NCBI RefSeq assembly: GCF_963676685.1
Contig: NC_092349.1
Location: 21,948,001-22,012,000, forward strand
From: Mytilus edulis
Taxonomy: Eukaryota
Reading direction: 5' to 3'
Length of the DNA: 64,000 bases
A program made the position numbers and the translations under genes. The notes beneath the pieces were generated by a model that saw only the letters and a program-made list of their open reading frames with translations, had not been told where the DNA came from and ran no database searches. Positions 39,492-52,922 of the stretch are shown piece after piece. The first letter of the stretch is position 1; every line of letters starts with the position of its first letter.

Positions 39492-39810
39492 GTATGTTAA
39501 ATAAACTTCAGGTTAATGCAATTACTAATATATTTAGAAACAGATTTTCTAACTTATATCAATCCGAGTAATTTTTTCAAGATGAATTTGTTTTACGGAT
39601 ATGTGATACACAAGGTTGTTAAAACCAACTGCACAATTTTTGTGAATATTCAAACTAGAAACAGAAACGAACTGCTAATGGTATATAAGCCTAATCATTT
39701 TATCAGACCTGTTTGGCTACTCGGTATTGTTTGAAATCCAAGTACAGTTGAATAATAGACAGTTGAAGTGAGTTGAATGAGTTAATATAAACATATTCAT
39801 TTCAATTAAA

Positions 39811-40071
39811 CAGGACTACCTTTGACGCATCATGAGAGCCTACATTTGTGTTTGTTTCATCTTATTTTATTTTACAGGACTACCTTTGACGCATCATGAG
39901 AGCCTACATTGGTGTTTGTTTCATCTTATTACATATTTTACAGAACTACCTTTGATGCATCATGAGAGCCTACATCGGTGTTTGTTTCATCTTATTTTAT
40001 TTTACAGGACTACCTTTGACGCATCATGAGAGCCTACATCGGTGTTTGTTTCATCTTATTATGTTTGACAG
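39811..40071 (+). repeat. Four tandem copies of the signal-peptide exon (paralog 5)
   Basis: Duplicate of 33617-33877; first ATG 39832, last ATG 40026. Confidence 0.95.
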
Positions 40072-41660
40072 GTGAGTTAAATTATCCGTAGAGTGTTTTT
40101 TCGTTTCTATATTTTATATAGATTTGACCGTTGGTTTTCCTGTTTGAATGGTTTTGCACTGGTAATTTTTAGGGCCTGTTTAAGCTTACTGTTCGGTATG
40201 AGCAAAGGCTCCATGTTGACGACCGTACATTGACCTATAATGGTTCATTTTTACAAATTTTGACTTGAATGGAGGGTTGTTTCGTTAACAATCATACCAC
40301 ATCTTCTTAGACATGTTATATCTATTGACAAAATTAACCATGATTCCCCTTTGAAACAAAGCTGATCAAATTATTCTAATTTACTACGTATGAACATGAA
40401 ATTTATTACGTCTCCAGCATCCATATCTTATATGTTAACTGTTCGAAAGCAATTCCTATTCTAACCAACTGCGTCCTGAATCGCTCTCAGAGTATCCTGA
40501 CAGATGTCCTCAGCGTTGTTAATCACTTTTTAAAATGTATGAACATTATTGTAACAGGTTTAGTAATTTCTTTTTTGGTCCATATTCAGATTTCATTGTC
40601 AGATTTTTATAAATGTGATCATAGTAGCATGCTCTTCTTCTTCGACTCTCTCTTTCAAACCGGTCAAATCCATAACTAGGTCCAATCCTATACATTTGGT
40701 TATAGTTTCATTTACACTCACCAATTTCTACATATGACTTAGAGATCAGGCTGCTTAGCCCAATATATATAGATTTGCTTGGTATTGTGTACTTGATAGT
40801 CTTCATCTAAAATTTGACTTAACGACCAGCTTAACCAACAGTAAGGTTACGAATTGAATCACTTGAAATGAACAAGTTTGCGCTCTTAATATATATTACA
40901 GTGTTGTAGTTCTCAATGAGTCAAATATACATTTGAAAAAAGGACATGGAATTATAAACACCAATCCATACTTTATATTAGAAAACATTTGATGCAGATA
41001 GTTTAATAAACATTAATCATTTAAGTATTCCATAAGCTCGTATAACATTAATCCATGTTTTTGCTGAAATTAATAACATTCAACGGCACAAAATTACAAT
41101 ACGGTAACTGAAGCGCATTTTGATAAACAATATTTTACAGTGAAACTCGAGATCTCGAGATCTAATAATAAAAGAAACATCATAGAGCTGATACAACCGT
41201 TTATGCACATAAAAATAGTCAAAAATTGAACAGGATTCTTACCTGGGGGTTAATCAGTCTTTGATTTCACAAATTTTAATAAATGAAATTCCATATGCTA
41301 GTAGTCCTTTCTAATTTTATGACAGTAAACATTTTATAGCAACTTGTGATTCCAATGGAAAGATTCACTATTTTGATTTTACTTAATCTATTGATGTAAG
41401 TATTAACACTTTGTAAAAATAAATAACATTTCTGAATTTTTATTCGTTACCTGATACTCACAATATTGTTTTAACAATTGACTATAATTTCTCTTATAGG
41501 ATTGGAGTATACTGACGCTGCAAAAAAGTGTTTTAGTATGGTTGACTGTGGAATCTTTGCTGGTGGTTGCAAGCCATACTGTGTTGAAAAATTATGTGTC
41601 GGTACAGCAGAATGCGTCGGAAACATGGAGTGCTGCTGTGGAGGTTGTATATTTGGATAA
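40026..41660 (+). CDS. Secreted 10-Cys peptide, paralog 5 (68 aa precursor; mature peptide identical to paralog 4)
   Basis: Exons 40026-40071 and 41500-41660. MRAYIGVCFILLCLTGLEYTDA-AKKCFSMVDCGIFAGGCKPYCVEKLCVGTAECVGNMECCCGGCIFG*. Confidence 0.9.
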
Positions 41661-41977
41661 TCAGAAGAGTAATACAGGACAAGAAGAATATTTACCAACT
41701 AATTTACCCGCAATAAATCATGCAATTTGAAAATTGTTTTATTAGTTTTTATAAAAGTGAATATATAGTAAATAAAAATAATTGAACATGTTGAAATAAT
41801 ACATACATCACACTTTCACCGATGCTTGTATTTAAGTTTATTGACTATGTTGATTGTATTTATCCAATTAAACTTGAAATAAAAGATATTACATACGATC
41901 AGGTCTGCTCAAATTCTTGACTAGTTCGTTAAATTCATATTTTATAGACAAACATTATCCCTACCACACATAGAAAT

Positions 41978-42188
41978 GAGGGGCCTCGGTGGCCGAGTGG
42001 TCTAGTTAGTAACTACTATAATCAGGGCTGTGAGTTCGAACCCCGCTCGTGTAAATGCACTCGATTCCAATCTAAATTGACCAGGGTTGTCAGTTTCAAT
42101 ATCGAAGGTCGGTGGTTTTCTCCGGGCAGTCAAAAAAGCCCAAAATTGGCACTTAATAGGAGGGTTAAACACCAACAATCAATCAACA
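41978..42188 (+). mobile_element. tRNA-derived SINE (duplicate of 35758)
   Basis: A box TGGCCGAGTGG, B box GAGTTCGAACC, CAAT tail. Confidence 0.75.
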
Positions 42189-45100
42189 CATATAAAAACG
42201 GTCTTACTTCGATTCAAAACAAAAATAATGACCAACATAGATACAATTTTCTTGTTTAAGGGACATGTTATCAATATTCTGAATACAAAACTAATTTGAT
42301 TAAAACAAACTATTCAGTGAAACTAACATAAACAAGAATCTTGATTTTTCAAATGACAGCATAATTGTTACATTTAGCATGCTCAGGGAAACAACGGTGG
42401 TCCTTGATTAATCAATCTGTCATATGGAAGCCTCTTAAAATAATGAAAGAAATCTAGCTTTATCATTGAAAATTACTGTCCATAAAGAGGTGTACTATTA
42501 CTGATTGATTTAAAGTTAAGTGACAATGTGTATCGCATTATGAAATAATAGATACAACAGATATTTTAAGTTCTGCCTCAAATCTTACATCTGGAAAATA
42601 GAGAATGAGGGTCGATTGACACAAAATATAACGACCAAAATATGATCTTGGATTACCAACTTGGGACGTTCCATTTCAGACGCCCGTAGTACATATGTAT
42701 CTCTCTGCTGGTAAATTATTTCAGAGCTTGTATTTCCCATCAAGATTTTCGATAGATTGTTGTGGTTTTAAGGAAGATATGAAAATGACCAATCCAACTG
42801 GTTAAGTTTTACTCATTCCTTTGGAAATTGTATGGACAACATTACGAGTTGATTGACCGTTATGGTATATATGTTTGACAGGTGGCGTCTGTAGCGTCGG
42901 ATGTGTCCTAAATATTGTATCCACAATCCCGTTCTGAAGTAAAAGAGGGACGAAAGATACCAAAGGGACAGTCAAACTCATAAATCTAAAACAAACTGAC
43001 AACGCCATGGCTAAAAATGAAAAAGACAAACAGAAAAACAATAGTACACATGACACAACATAGAAAACTAAAGAATAAACAACACGAACCCCACCAAAAA
43101 CTAGGGGTGATCTATCGTGTTTTATACCTTAGTATTTATCATTCGGTTATTTAGTGGGTATGAGGGTAAGGCTTTGTCAGATTGTCTTTGATTTATGATT
43201 TTTAATATTTCTTATGTATCTCCTTCCTCTGTTTTTAAGTATGCATCAAATGTCAAAATCCTATTAATAACCTGACATCTTTCGTGAAACAATTGAAAAT
43301 GACCAGTCTTAAATTATCTCATTTTTGTATATGTATGAACAGAAAAAGGACGATAAAGATTTCCCATCTTTATACTAGATACCTAAATATATACTAGTAT
43401 ACACGATTTATTAACTGGTTGTCTTCCTTTTTTACTAAGAATCTGGCTTAAATTCTAGCTACAACTCTTTCTACCGTCTAATATGAGCTGAACAAATATG
43501 ATATAATGTCGAAAAAAAATAATCTTAAAGTTTATCAAAAAATAATTTCATCATAATCATTGCAATTTTCTAGCTATAACACACATTTTTAATATTATTC
43601 AAATTTTTAATTTACATTTTAGGCCATTTATGGAATCCTTAGAAAGTACACTATGAATAACACCCGATATATGCACACAAGCCACTTGATTCTTCGTGGC
43701 AGTATATCTGCCTTTCAAATTTTCTTTAAGCTTTCTGGAAAGCAAAAATCGATAAACAACAGATTAACAGTCCTATATTTGTTTTTTTTTGTTTTTTTTT
43801 TGTCTGGTAGTTTTTTGTTTGGTTTCAATATATTGTGTCTAGTTGTAAGATTTAGAATCCTTTTATTTAAATCATTATCTGCACAGAAACGTTAAAAGGA
43901 ATACAATTTATAAGTCGTAAAGAAAAATATTGTCATGAAGGAGGGGCGAAAGATACCAGAGGGACATTGAAACTCATAGATCGTAAATAAACAGACAACG
44001 CCATGGCTGTGATGTGTATCTTACTAAATATTACAAAAACCATTATTCGATTATCTCCCTTTGTATGAATATCTATCGGATCAATGCAGCTCACATAATG
44101 ATATGATACAAAACTAACAAAAATTATGAGTGAAAGTAATCGATACTTTGTAATTCTTCAAACAATGTTTCTTTAATCTTGTCAATACCGAAACGTTGCA
44201 TTATTGTTGTTTTTCAATGTGTTAGTGGTTTTTTTTTGTACATTTGACACCCTTTTACATTTGTTTGTGAAACTTGAAATTAAAATGTGGGTTCAACATT
44301 TTTGTTATTTCGTTATTTATAAAAGAAGACGTAAATTTTGGCGCGAAATTTACATAGATATATAGGGTTAATGCTTTTTTCAACTTCTTATAATGTTCAA
44401 TCAAATGCTATGTTCTGATATACGGAAAAGACTTGAAACAAACCTAATATCTAGCATTGTACCTGTGTCATAAATGTCCTTCATTTTTACTATAACATTC
44501 TACTGAGCTATTTTTTCAATAGATGGCTATATTTTTATATACATCTATTGAGAAAGACTAAAAAACTAACGAATTATACAATATTGTATACGGAGTCCAT
44601 GCATCATGACCTATAATTGTTTACTTTTACAAATTGTGACTTGGTTGGAGAGTTGTCTCGATGGCACTCGTTCTTATATCTATTTATAGAGACACATATG
44701 TCACTATCCTTGTTGTATTAAAATACATGGAATTATTATCGAAATACTTAGTCTTTCTGGATTAGTACAACAAAATTTCCAAACAGAATCTTTGTGTATA
44801 TGGAGGAGTTTACCAGTAATAAATTGATTGCTTAAACTGAATTAAAAAGAAAAAAATAATATGTCTTACAATTCTACTTAAATCTATTTGAATAACAAGA
44901 AACTATGAATGGGCTAAAATGTAAAGTTTTTAACATTTGTAAGACAAGACAATACACGTTGAAAAGAAAATTGTCATTAAAGTCAAACACGTTCTGTTTA
45001 TCAATTGCAAATTATGTATGATTAAAAAATGAAATGTCATTTGTAAATTCTACATCAGCTACGATTCAACTGTTAACTGAATCATATTTTATGTATAAAC

Positions 45101-48100
45101 TAGGAACTTTGCAAACTCTTTATACATTAAACAAAATAATAAGATAAACACAAAAGAGGCTGGAATTAATTTACAATAAATATTCACTTCTCTGTATTAT
45201 TCACAAAACATACAAATTTAGAATGCTGTGGAACAAAATGATTTTTGCAATCTTTATCCTTCAATACTTTTTAACATACATTTTATTGAAAAAAAGACTT
45301 CAATATCTTACAGAATGTTTGGATGATAATTATGATTCCTTATTATGTTATGTTCCATGTCATACACGCGTTTTGAAGAGACATTAAACACAATTAGTTT
45401 AGACGGGTGTTTTCTTAGTTTAACAATAAAAGTACGTGGATACATGAACAATTCTACTTCTAATGAGATTCATTTACTGCATATGAATACCTATATATGA
45501 TCAAAAAAGGTGAATTCTGCAAGATAAGTTTGTGTTAAAATTTAAAAATTAAGAATTGAAAGGTCTAATGTTTTAAGTAATTGATCGGTGTTTGGGGCCA
45601 TTTTCGTTAGCAGTTAAGGAACTAGTTAAATACACTGATAAATAAGTTATAAAAAACTTACTAGAGACCGACATTACACAATATATTACTGGTTTTGTTG
45701 GTATGAGACATTGCTGACGTTCAGTGTCGGGGATTGAGCAATAATAATGCAGGTATATATAGAGGAAAAAAATATTCGGACGAAATTTGTTAATAGCAAT
45801 TTCATTTAAGTGGATGGTTACCCGATTGCATCTATTTTAATGCATTTTTGTTTCTGAAATGTTTTATATTTTGTCATATCAGGGCCTTTAATAGATATAT
45901 AACGGGGACCTACAATTCAGTTTATCTTAGTCATTTGATTTCTGTTAGATAAACAATCCCGTTGACAAATATACCACATGTTTTTATTTCGGTCAAAAAC
46001 AAAAAAAATAAACATAACATGTGATAATTGTGTATAAATGTTAAGGTATCCGATTTAAAACCAGACCAGAACTTGTGACTAGTTTCAATATAAATGACTA
46101 TTTAAAAACCTTGTAGTGTAAATATAGAATAGTTGTTTTATTGTTATGCAGTCGAGTGTAAAGAAAAAGTGCACTAATAGTGGTATTAAGAAGAGATCAG
46201 ATGTCGTGAATTTCTATTTAACTACGTTTATAAATACTTAGAAACTATAAATGGGCTAAATTAAAGTTTGTTACATTTCTAAGACAGAAATCTTACAGGA
46301 TAAAAAGGACGATGCTGTGTATTAAATCATACTTTATCTTTCCTGTATCTTTTATCGTCTTTTTCGTTTAGACCATCAGGTTCTAAATTCTGGAGTTGGT
46401 GGATCCAAAAGTTTTCTCTCCTCCTTCTCGCCGTGGTGTCCCACTCAGTTTTGATTTTCAAACGAAACATCCTTTTGAAAATGTTACTTTCCAAATCCTG
46501 TAATTTTTTTTACGATCATATATATAAAAAAGGAAGATATTGGATGATAACTCTTCACCACAGACAAAATGACACATAAATTGACAACTGTAGTTCACCG
46601 TATGGCTTCAAAAATGAGCAAAGCCAATAAAGCATAATCAAGCCACGAAAAAACAAATTTAAAACAATATTAATAATAAAAAAATGACGACCTAGTTAAT
46701 GTACAACAAAAGCAAAGACACTCATGTAATTAACACAGTGACAAACGGCAATCACTGAATTACAGGCATTTGAATTTGGACAGGTACCTACATAGAGACT
46801 TTGGCGGGAATAACTTGTTAACGGGATCCAAACACTCCTGACATTGGACAGACACAAACATGCAGAATGTGGCGGGGTTAAACATGTTAGCGGAATCCCA
46901 ACCCTCCCCTAAACTTGAAAAGTGGTACAACAGTACATCACAAGAACGAACTATCAAAATTAGTTAAAAAAAATTTTTACTTGTTAGCAACACCAAATTT
47001 AAATGTTAACTAATAAATATCTTATAGTACTCATACTAGCAGTTACTGACAGTTATATCAAAGCAAATAACAACTAAAAAAATCATGCATTCAAGACTTA
47101 ACTATCAATCAGTACACATCTACTGGATTTAGTGTCAATACGTTATCATACTTCTTTTTAACATTCATGCTAATTCAACATTCCATATTAAAAAGGGTTA
47201 ATTCTGTTACTGAAGGTCGGATGGTACTAATGAGTCCGTATAATGTTATTTATTAGACCATATCAATTGAAAGTAAACATGCCATATAATAAGTATGATA
47301 TATGTGTGAAACAAATATGTAGAAAATGTCAGATTGTCAGGGAAAAGGCTCGTTTTGGATTAAATTTGGAGTTTTTTTATGTGCGTAGCCTGTCCCTCTT
47401 TTTTGTAAACATACTCACACTGATATAATCTGTTAATTTTAAATGATTTAATGACATAGTGTCTTGAATGCAGTCAGAATAACACTAAAAACATGTCAAA
47501 CTGTTTTCTTTGAAACACATTTCTGTTTTGGACCTTTATTAAGAGTTGTTTTCTTTCTTTAAACAGAGCTGGATCGATACCTCTGCTGGTGGACTTTCAT
47601 TCCCCAAAGGTATCATCAGCTTAGTAGCCAGTACTTTGGTACTGACATAATTTGTAACATATCTCTCTAAATATATCCATTCATAAATTTCTAGATTATA
47701 AAGAAACATTATAATTCAAATCCCTCAAGTAAAGTTGACCAAAAATAGATTTGTCTGAACTTCAGGGTCGTTTCTCTCACACATCTGTTCTACTGTTCTA
47801 TTCGTATACATCCAGAGCTTTCTATGTGTGTGAACTTTTGAAAATGTAGAAAAGATGTATGATTACGTCATATCTAGAGTGATTTTAACTAACCATTTAT
47901 GATCTTTCTATTTCTTTATAGTAACATTCCTGGAGCGCCTGCATATTGAATACGTACATCTATGATGAGTTTATTTAATATATGCAATAACTTCACTATC
48001 TATTCTGAAAAGAAATTTATTTGAATGATAAAATAGGAATCAATCCGTCGTTAGTTCACCTGACACAATCAAGATATAGTTGACCGTTATGGAATATTGG

Positions 48101-48849
48101 TACAGATGAAAACAGATCCGACAGATATGTCATCTTTTCCTTGATTTTGATATATATGTATTTTGTAGATGGTTATGATTACACTTGCAGATCACCTGAG
48201 ATTTTTACGGTTTTTGTGTAAGCATTTTGTTTCCGTAGGCGAGGTATTTATCACTGTCGCAGTCAATACCACTGTCCTACGAGCAGTCCATGTATCACGA
48301 TAATGACCAGTTCTTCAGTAACTATTATGGTTATTACATTGAGAAAACATGTTTTGAAAATTCTCATAAAATCAAATTGTTCAAAGCTAACTTGAGTTAT
48401 TTTATAAGTCATATAGGAAAGAATGAAGTCCATCAGTCAAAGTGAAAACTATAGGCGCTCCCATTCATTACAGAGCAAACTTTCAGTAAATGAATACAAA
48501 ATCAACTTTTCTATAATTTTATAATTAACGAAAACATATGGTAAACTATTATACAACTTCGATAGGAAATTGAAAACCGGAAAATGTTTTTCAAAGCGAC
48601 ATCTCTCTTATCAGTGAAACCACACCCCATCGGTCATTAACATGCTGATATCCGTAAATGACCTGTTTTCTGGTCCTTTTTTTTTTCTGTAAATAAACTA
48701 TCAAAATTGTTACTCAAGAATAAAGAATGTTATGTATCCATTTGTTATCAAATAAGAGTAGCTTTTTCTTAACAGATATGAAACAATCATCAGTATAATT
48801 TACTAGTTAATATTATAGTCAGTTTACATGATAGTACGAATGAGTAAGC

Positions 48850-51149
48850 CTGAAAATTGGCTGATTTAAGTCAATCATGTTTTGTTAAATGCTATGATAT
48901 CGAAAGTGAAAAAGTATATTTTGATAAACTATTTTCTAAATGTGTCGCGGGAAAAAATGAAAACAAAACTTCAGGATGCTCTTTCTGTATTTATCTTCAT
49001 CAGTAACACTTATAGCCAAATATTCCAAAGTACTGACATTTACTCTAAAGCAAATTATTGATATAACTAAATTTTTCATTTAAATAACAGATCATAATAA
49101 CAAATTATTTGTTCGTGCAAAAGCTGTGTACGAAATATGATCAAATCTCATTTTATGCTGGTACCTTTATGAATACAGGTATGGATTCAACAAAAGTGAA
49201 GGTAGGTAACTGAATAAGTATTTTTTAGGTAAAAATACGATTATATTATGTTACAAATTAAGAAGGCGTTTTTTAGAACATAACTTTTTTTTAAATCTTT
49301 GTTGTTGTTGGTGGATTAGGGAAAATTTGTGTAAGCAGTTTGATTTTAGTGTATATTTGTATTTAGTAACCAGTTTAGGTCCATCTCCGGGTGAGGTATT
49401 TTCTTATTGAAGACTTATTGTGGCATTCGCCTGTTATCTGCTCCTTGTCCTGGTTGTTGTTTCTTTGACATACTCCCCATTTCCATCTTAAATTTTATAT
49501 GATCGATTGGTGGTTTTTTGTTTGTAGGTTAACTTGTATTTTTTGTTTTTATTCAAGGGGATTGATAGAATATTGTCAATTGCTCTGAGTAATATTTTAG
49601 AATACTAACCTTCTATACAAAAGTCAATATCTTGATTATTCTGAAGCAGCTTACAAATATTTCTTCTAGATAATCAGTAATTGAGAGCATTTGTTAGCAA
49701 ATAATAATGTATTGCCTCGCTAGTTCATGTGTTCGTGCTGCCCTTATTTTTTTTTATTTTTTTTTTTTTGCATGTAAATCATTCCATTTATGGAACACCA
49801 CATACAATGTATGTGCAATAATGCTTGAATTATTTCTGAAAATTGGCTGATTAAAGTCAATCATGTTTTGTTAAATGCTATGATATCGAAAGTGAAAAAG
49901 TATATTTTGATAAACTATTTTCTAAATGTGTCGCGGGAAAAAATGAAAACAAAACTTCAGGTGTCGGAAGCTCTTTCTGTATTTATCTTCATCAGTAACA
50001 CTTATAGCCAAATATTCCAAAGTAATGACATTTACTCTAAAGCAAATTATTGATATAACTAAAATGATACTGATTTGTAACTTTTTTTTACGATAACATG
50101 GAAATGAATCTGGTAACATTACTCATACAATAAATTGTAAAGATTTTATGCTTATTTTGTGTTGTGTTCGTTGTTGTCCTTGATTTGTAACACACTTACA
50201 AATTTCACAATACATGACCTCATATGTTTAATATTTAGTAGCTTATCAATTTCAAATCCTTTTGATATTTTTTGGTAATCTATAGGCTTTTAATCAATTC
50301 CGAGAAATGGTCTTTTTAAATTTCCATATTTGGTTAACAATAAATCACTCCTATCAAATGACTGGTTTAACAGGTTGATTTTTCATTTAAATAACCGATC
50401 ATAATAACACATTATTTGTTCGTGCAAAAGCTGTGTACGAAATATGATCAAATCTTATTTTATGCTGGTACCTTTATGAATACAGGTATGGATTCAACAA
50501 AAGTGAAGGTAGGTAACTGAATAAGTATTTTTTAGGTAAAAATACGATTATATTATGTTACAAATTAAGAAGGCGTTTTTTAGAACATAATTTTTTTTTT
50601 TAAATCTTTGTTGTTGTTGGTGGATTAGGGAAAATTTGTGTAAGCAGTTTGATTTTGGTGTATATTTGTATTTAGTAACCAGTTTAGGTCCATCTCCGGG
50701 TGAGGTATTTTCTTATTGAAGACCTATTGTGGCATTCGGCTGTTATCTGCTCCTTGTCCTGGTTGTTGTTTCTTTGACATACTCCCCATTTCCATCTTAA
50801 ATTTTATATGATCGATTGGTGGTTTTTTGTTTGTAGGTTAACTTGTATTTTTTGTGTTTTTATTTAAGGGGATGGATAGAATATTGTCAATTGCTCTGAG
50901 TAATATTTTAGAATACTAACCTTCTATACAAAAGTCAATATCTTGATTATTCTGAAGCAGGTTACGAATATTTCTTCTAGATAATCAGTAATTGCGAGCA
51001 TTTTTTAGGAAATAATAATGTATTGCCTCGCTAGTTCATGTGTTCGTGATGTCCTTATTTTTTTTTTTTTTTTTTTTTTTTTTGCATGTAAATCATATCA
51101 TTTATGGAACACCACATACAATGTATGTGCAATAATGCTTGAATTATTT
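48850..51149 (+). repeat. Tandem duplication: ~1.0 kb copy (48850-49834) and ~1.3 kb copy (49836-51149)
   Basis: Both start CTGAAAATTGGCTGATT and end AATAATGCTTGAATTATTT; ~315 bp (50064-50378) is present only in the second copy. Confidence 0.92.
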
Positions 51150-52229
51150 ACGACACGTTATTAACATCGGAGACCACAGGAAGGGCTCCTGTCTATATGA
51201 TGTCTAGAATGTATATAAATTATATATGTCATTAAAAGACTTGATTCAAAGAAATGTGACAATTTTACTGCCAATAGGATCAATTGCGATTGTTAAGGGG
51301 TTTTTGTACCAACATTAAACAGTTCATGTAGACATGCATATTTTCATATAAGTCTAAAGTATCTCTATTTTCAATGATGGATATTTTGACCGTTTTGATG
51401 AATGTCTGACTTTTCAAATTAGAAGCCACGTACCTTTGATAACTATTGACACCACTGAGTTGATGCCACAGCTGGTGGACGTTTCACCGGTCTAGTAGTC
51501 TGCACCTCAGTGTTCACATGAATATCAAATATATGGTCATTTTTTTTATAAATCTGCTGATTGCAGAAGTATGAATTATTAAGGCCTACATAGGATTGCC
51601 TTATCCCAGGCAAAGATTACATAGCCATATTTTGCACAAATGTTTGGAATTTTGGGTCCTCCATCCTCTTCAACTTAATGCGTGTTTGGCTTTCTAACTT
51701 TTTATGATCTGAGTGTTACTGATTAGTCTTATAAAGACGAATATCTAGTCCGGCGTAGCAAATTATAAGTCTGGTACATATGATAACAAATTGTACTTTA
51801 TCATTAATTTAAGTTTGTTTTTTAAATATATTGTAGGAGATATCAGTATCAATAACATTGTTTGGTTTAGCTACACTATTTCTTCACAAAGTACTTGAAC
51901 TATGGTCACGGACGGAAACAATTGGTGAAAAGACCGACGAAAGGTTGTATTATAGGATTTCTCTAATTCTTCGTCAATTTATCCCTTTCTGCACCCATTG
52001 TATAAAAAAAAATTAATCAACGTGTGGTTCGTTTGTTCTCAGTTCTTCATTGGTTAAAATCCGATTATGACATCGAATAGTCTTTTTTTCCTATGAATTT
52101 CCTATTGTGACGGCATGAAAAAAGGCGACCATGCCTGATGACGTCACATAGAAAGAACACATCTTTTTGCAGATCAGTCGCAAAGAAGCAATAAGTTTGC
52201 TTGCGTATTGATTGAAAATCATTAGAGAA

Positions 52230-52392
52230 ACAGATTCCACCACCAAATCTCGTGTAATACGATATTTATCCACTCTCGACAGTTAAATTTTAAATATTTA
52301 AAACGCTCGGCGAGCCTCGCGTTTTAAATTTGAAAATTTAACTGTCTCGAGTGGATAAATATCGTATTACACTCAATTCAGTGGTAGAATCT
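52230..52392. repeat. Long imperfect palindrome (hairpin)
   Basis: GTGTAATACGATATTTATCCACTC...TTTAAAACGC [TCGGCGAGCCTC] GCGTTTTAAA...GAGTGGATAAATATCGTATTACAC; outer AGATTCCACCAC/GTGGTAGAATCT. Confidence 0.9.
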
Positions 52393-52922
52393 ATATTTAT
52401 ACAATACATTGATAAACGGTCGTTTAGAAATGTTCTACCGTAGAAAAGAATTTGGACAGTAATTCTAACATGTTTCCAACCTAGAGAACAGATTATTACC
52501 TTTTACTCTATTACTGCATCTGAGAGGTCAACAATAAAACACATTTTCAACAAATTTATGACAATTTATTCTGATAGTTCTAAGAGAAATTAGAGCTGAT
52601 CCCAACTGTATGAAGGAGTTTCTGAGAGGAATTTGAAATGAATAATTAGAGTTAATTGATTATATTGAAATGGTATAATAATGCCAACTTAATTCTAGCT
52701 AATTTGTCCTTGTTCTATACTGAAGGACTTAAGAAACGCAACACACATTTGGTATTATTTTTTTTTTATCAAATCATGATTGATCCTCATCGAACTACTA
52801 TGCTTGAATGCATACTTCTTTTCAATGTTTAGATCAATTTGATATCTGACTTACATGAGATTTTTGAACATATCGATTTTTTTCTAAATAGCACGATTTT
52901 TTTAAGCGACATTTGGAAATCA

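Larger units (their letters stand above)
32650..43985 (+). repeat. Recent ~6.2-kb tandem segmental duplication carrying paralogs 4 and 5
   Basis: Unique part 32650-37768 is near-identical to 38845-43985 (offset ~6195-6217); junction at 37765-37768. The left boundary lies inside the satellite and cannot be fixed. Confidence 0.95.
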
